Shown piece by piece: positions 60,640-64,000 of a stretch of DNA of 64,000 nt. Each line of letters starts with the position of its first letter. Positions within the stretch are counted from its first letter, which is position 1. Origin of the DNA: Anaeramoeba ignava BMAN (taxonomy: Eukaryota; Protista; Anaeramoebae); NCBI GenBank assembly GCA_028826165.1, contig JAPDFW010000063.1, positions 1,178,001-1,242,000 of the forward strand. The letters run 5' to 3'. Under the pieces are notes generated by a model. It had not been told where the DNA came from. It was given only the letters and a program-made list of their open reading frames with translations, and did not search any database. Both the position numbers and the translations under genes were made by a program.

Positions 60640-61351
60640 TAATTTTATTAATTTATTGAGAATAATTTTATATTATTTTAAATTAATAAAATATATAAAA
60701 TATAATTAATTTTAAATTTAATTATTTAATATTCTTTATTCCATTTTTGAAATAAATTAATGAAAATATTTTTATCAATTTTATTAAATTATTGGGAATA
60801 ATTTTATATTATTTTTAAATAAAGAAATATTAATAAAATATATAAAACAGAATTAATTCTAAATTTAATTATTTAATATTCTTTATTCCATTTTTGAAAT
60901 AAATTAATTAAAATATTTCAATTTTCTTTCAATTTTATTAAATTATTGGGAATTATTTTATATTATTTTTAAATAAAGAAATATTAATAAAATAATATAA
61001 AATATAATTAATTTTAAATTTAATTATTTAATATTCTTTATTCCATTTTTGAAATAAATTAATGAAAATATTTTTATTAATTTTATTAAATTATTGGGAA
61101 TAATTTTATATTAATTTAAATAAAAAAATATTAATAAAATATATAAAATAGAATTAATTTTAAATTTAATTATTTAATATTCTTTATTCCATTTTTTAAA
61201 TAAATTAATTAAAATATTTTATTAATTTTATTAAATTATTGAGAATAATTTTATATTATTTTAAATAAAGAAATATTAATAAAATATATAAAATAGAATT
61301 AATTCTAAATTTAATTATTTAATATTCTTTATTTCATTTTTGAAATAAATT
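60640..61351. repeat. ~145-bp AT-rich tandem array (~5 units), homologous to 2560-3180
   Basis: Anchor TCTTTATTCCATTTTT at ~60733, 60880, 61035, 61181 and a variant at 61326. Confidence 0.8.
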
Positions 61352-61664
61352 AATGAAAAATATTTTATAATTGAAAGAAAAGAAAAACAATATAAATTTC
61401 CAAAATTGATATTAATAATGAGAAGTGAATTATATCGAGGAATGTTTTTATCTGTAACAAATGATACTTCTAATAAGTGAATTAAGTAATAAATCATTTC
61501 AAATATTTGAATATTGGATTTATTCAAATCAAATTAAAGATGAAATTCAAATTACACAAGAAATTATTAATGAAATTCAAATTGGAATTGATTATTTTCA
61601 ATTAAATCAAACAAATCCAAATTTATTTGATTTATTAATTAATAAATTTAATAATCAAAATTAA
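61352..61664 (+). pseudogene. 3'-terminal fragment of an RCC1-BTB-BTB gene with a 14-bp deletion
   Basis: FIIERKEKQYKFPK..SVTNDTSN, then a deletion relative to AAAGTTACAGATTATAGT at ~61475, then SELSNKSF..NNQN*. Confidence 0.85.
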
Positions 61665-61726
61665 AATTCATTTTTTCATTTTTCATTTTTTTCATTTCAA
61701 AAAAAAAAAACAAAACTTTTTTCATT

Positions 61727-62318
61727 ATGATCTATTTTCTCATATTCATATCTATCATAATTTTCTTACTATATCGATTTAGAATATTTCAGAAAGTGGA
61801 AATCAAAGAGAAGAAAATGGAAAAACAAGTGTTAATTTTTGAACCACAAGTTGGACATTATAAAAACACACCAAAACTAATCAACAAAATTAAAGAAAAA
61901 TTACTTAAAGAATTTGCAATCAAACCGACAAAAGGATTTGGGATATTTTATGACAATCCAAAAACGGTTTCATGGGAAGATTGTCGAAGTTTAGTTGGAA
62001 TTCTTTTAGAAGAAGCAGATTTCGGAAAAATTGAAAATTTACGAGAAAAAAAATTCAAAGTGGAAATTTTGGATCAAATGGATGTTTATCAAGGCATGTG
62101 GCCAATTGCAAATTCTTTAATGCTAATGATTTGCTCCTCTTTTAAAACTTCCAGTAATGATGTCATTTTTAAAGAAAAATAATAAAGTCGGTTCTATTAT
62201 GGAAATTTATGATGGTGTTCCTGGTAAAATTTTTTATATTAGACCAAAGGAACATGTTTCTATTTTTGATGATGTTGATGATTTTGTTTCTCGTGAAGAA
62301 GACAAAAAGGATAAATGA
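61727..62318 (+). CDS. TEX264-like / GyrI-like domain protein with an N-terminal TM (frameshift ~62140-62150)
   Basis: Hydrophobic N-terminus; GHYKNT..GFGIFYDNPKTVSWEDCRSLVGIL. A shifted frame continues PVMMSFLKKNNKVGSIMEIYDGVPGKIFYIRP..SIFDDVDDFVSREEDKKDK* (TGA 62316-62318). Confidence 0.65.
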
Positions 62319-62359
62319 GTTTTTTTTTTTTCGAATTCAATTTCAAAACTATTTTCAAT

Positions 62360-63480
62360 TTCTAAATCTAAATCTAAATCTAAATCTAAATCTAAATCTA
62401 AATCTAAATCTAAATCTAAATCTAAATCTAAATCTAAATCTAAATCTAAATCAAAATCTAAATCTAAATCTAAATCTAAATCTAAATCTAAATCTAAATC
62501 TAAATCTAAATCTAAATCTAAATCTAAATCTAAATCTAAATCTAAATCTAAATCTAAATCAAAATCAAAATCTAAATCTAAATCTAAATCAAAATCTAAA
62601 TCTAAATCTAAATCTAAATCAATTTCTAAATCTAAATCTAAATCTAAATCTAAATCTAAATCTAAATCTAAATCTAAATCTAAATCTAAATCTAAATCAA
62701 AATCTAATTCAAAATCAATTTCTAAATAAAAATCAATTTCAATTTCTAAATCAATTTCAAAATCAATTTCAATTTAAAAATAAATTTAAAAATAAATTTC
62801 TAAATCAATTTCTAAATAAATTTCTAAATAAATCAATTTAAAAATCAATTTCTAAATCAATTTCTAAATAAATTTCTAAATAAATTTCTAAATAAAAATC
62901 AATTTCAATTTAAAAATCAATTTCTAAATAAAAATCAATTTCTAAATAAATTCAAAAATCAATTTAAAAATCAATTTCTAAATAAAAATCAATTTAAAAA
63001 TCAATTTCTAAATCAATTTCTAAATCAATTTCTAAATCAATTTCAATTTAAAAATCAATTTCTAAATCAATTTCTAAATCAAAATCAATTTCAAATTTCA
63101 AAAATAAATTTCTAAAATCCAACTAAATAAATTTCTAAATCAATTTCTAAATCAATTTCTAAATCTAAATCAAAATCTAAATCAAAATCAAAATCTAAAT
63201 CTAAATCTAAATCTAAATCAATTTCTAAATAAAAATCAATTTCTAAATAAAAATCAATTTCAATTTCTAAATCAATTTCAAAATCAATTTCAATTTAAAA
63301 ATCAATTTAAAAATCAATTTCTAAATCAATTTCTAAATCAATTTCTAAATAAATTTCTAAATAAATTTCTAAATAAATTTCTAAATAAATTTCTAAATCA
63401 ATTTCTAAATCAATTTAAAAATCAATTTCTAAATCAATTTCTAAATCAATTTCTAAATAAAAATAAATTTAAAAATCAAT
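62360..63480. repeat. Intergenic satellite (CTAAAT)n grading into (AATCAATTTCTA)n
   Basis: Direct tandem periodicity of 6 and 12 nt. Confidence 0.9.
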
Positions 63481-63716
63481 TTAAAGATCTAATTTGAATT
63501 TCTTTTTGTTTTTTTTGACATTTTTTTTAAATAAAATAAAAAAGGAGAAATTCCAAAAAATTTTTTCCATTTTTTTTTTGAAGTTATGAAAAAGAAAAAC
63601 AATTCAAAATCCACAAAAGAAAAAATTTTTTTCATTTTTATTTTAAAGTTTTTTTTGAAGTTTTTTTTTTTTGGATTAAAGAAATAATATTATTAAAAAG
63701 AAAAAGAAAATAAACA

Positions 63717-64000
63717 ATGAAAACAATCATATGGATTTTAAGTATTATTATGATAATAAAAGAAGTTAAAACACAATGTGTTTCAAATGAAACAATAAGG
63801 AAATCTGATGAATATTTCTGTTTATTAGAGGCATGTTGGTGGTGTGAAATGCAAATTGAAGGAGAAACCGTTTATATTTGTTCAGATGTTGCAACCGCTA
63901 CTTGTGAACAAATTGAAGATTCTCTTAAACATTCTGGAAATCCTTGTTCTTATTTTCAATGCAATTCTATTCCTTTTTTGAGTTATTCTTTTGTTTTGAT
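63717..64000 (+). CDS. Small secreted or surface cysteine-rich protein (runs off the window end)
   Basis: Open frame MKTIIWILSIIMIIKEVKTQCVSNETIRKSDEYFCLLEACWWCEMQIEGETVYICSDVATATCEQIEDSLKHSGNPCSYFQCNSIPFLSYSFVL..; signal-peptide-like N-terminus, 8 Cys. Confidence 0.65.
   Translation, partial: MKTIIWILSIIMIIKEVKTQCVSNETIRKSDEYFCLLEACWWCEMQIEGETVYICSDVATATCEQIEDSLKHSGNPCSYFQCNSIPFLSYSFVL

Larger units (their letters stand above)
56635..61664 (+). mobile_element. Candidate duplicated or mobile cassette: 143-bp array + BTB-TLDc gene + conserved spacer + 145-bp array + RCC1-BTB 3' fragment
   Basis: The region from the BTB-TLDc gene to the fragment is repeated at 1-3506 with the same array/fragment junction; flanked by a ~300-bp direct repeat. 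No transposase or RT is encoded. Confidence 0.5.

Noticed and set aside
62360-62700. Telomeric repeat
   Set aside because: The unit TTTAGA lacks a G tract, grades into other satellites and is followed by an ordinary gene start at 63717.
62209-62841. 210-aa ORF with poly-(NL)
   Set aside because: Translation of the (CTAAAT)n satellite, overlapping the real 3' end of the TEX264-like gene in another frame.

Overview
AT-rich eukaryotic (protist) genomic DNA with the standard genetic code, GT-AG spliceosomal introns and satellite-filled long introns. The gene families and TCATTT initiator-like motifs suggest a metamonad such as Anaeramoeba; this is an inference and is unconfirmed. Housekeeping and cytoskeletal genes include a TRF4/PAPD5-like poly(A) polymerase, FCP1, an NT-C2/Dilute protein, an ankyrin-RasGEF, a degenerate MoxR-like AAA protein, a CARMIL-like LRR protein, SEC12, two fimbrin-like CH-domain proteins and a TEX264/GyrI-like protein. 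They are interspersed with an expanded set of BTB-domain (putative Cullin-3 adaptor) genes: six RCC1-BTB-BTB paralogues with hypervariable propeller loops, two BTB-coiled-coil-TLDc genes and one ankyrin-BTB-BTB gene. The main discovery is in the ankyrin-BTB-BTB gene (50812-52849), most of which the ORF track misses. Each ankyrin repeat is its own phase-0 exon, and the two beta-hairpin tip residues between repeats appear to be supplied by two separate 3-nt single-codon microexons (8 in total, each AG|NNN|GT). A second highlight is a ~4.7-kb BTB-TLDc cassette bounded by ~143-146-bp tandem arrays and flanked by a ~300-bp duplication of an RCC1-BTB 3' end; the cassette occurs twice in the window.
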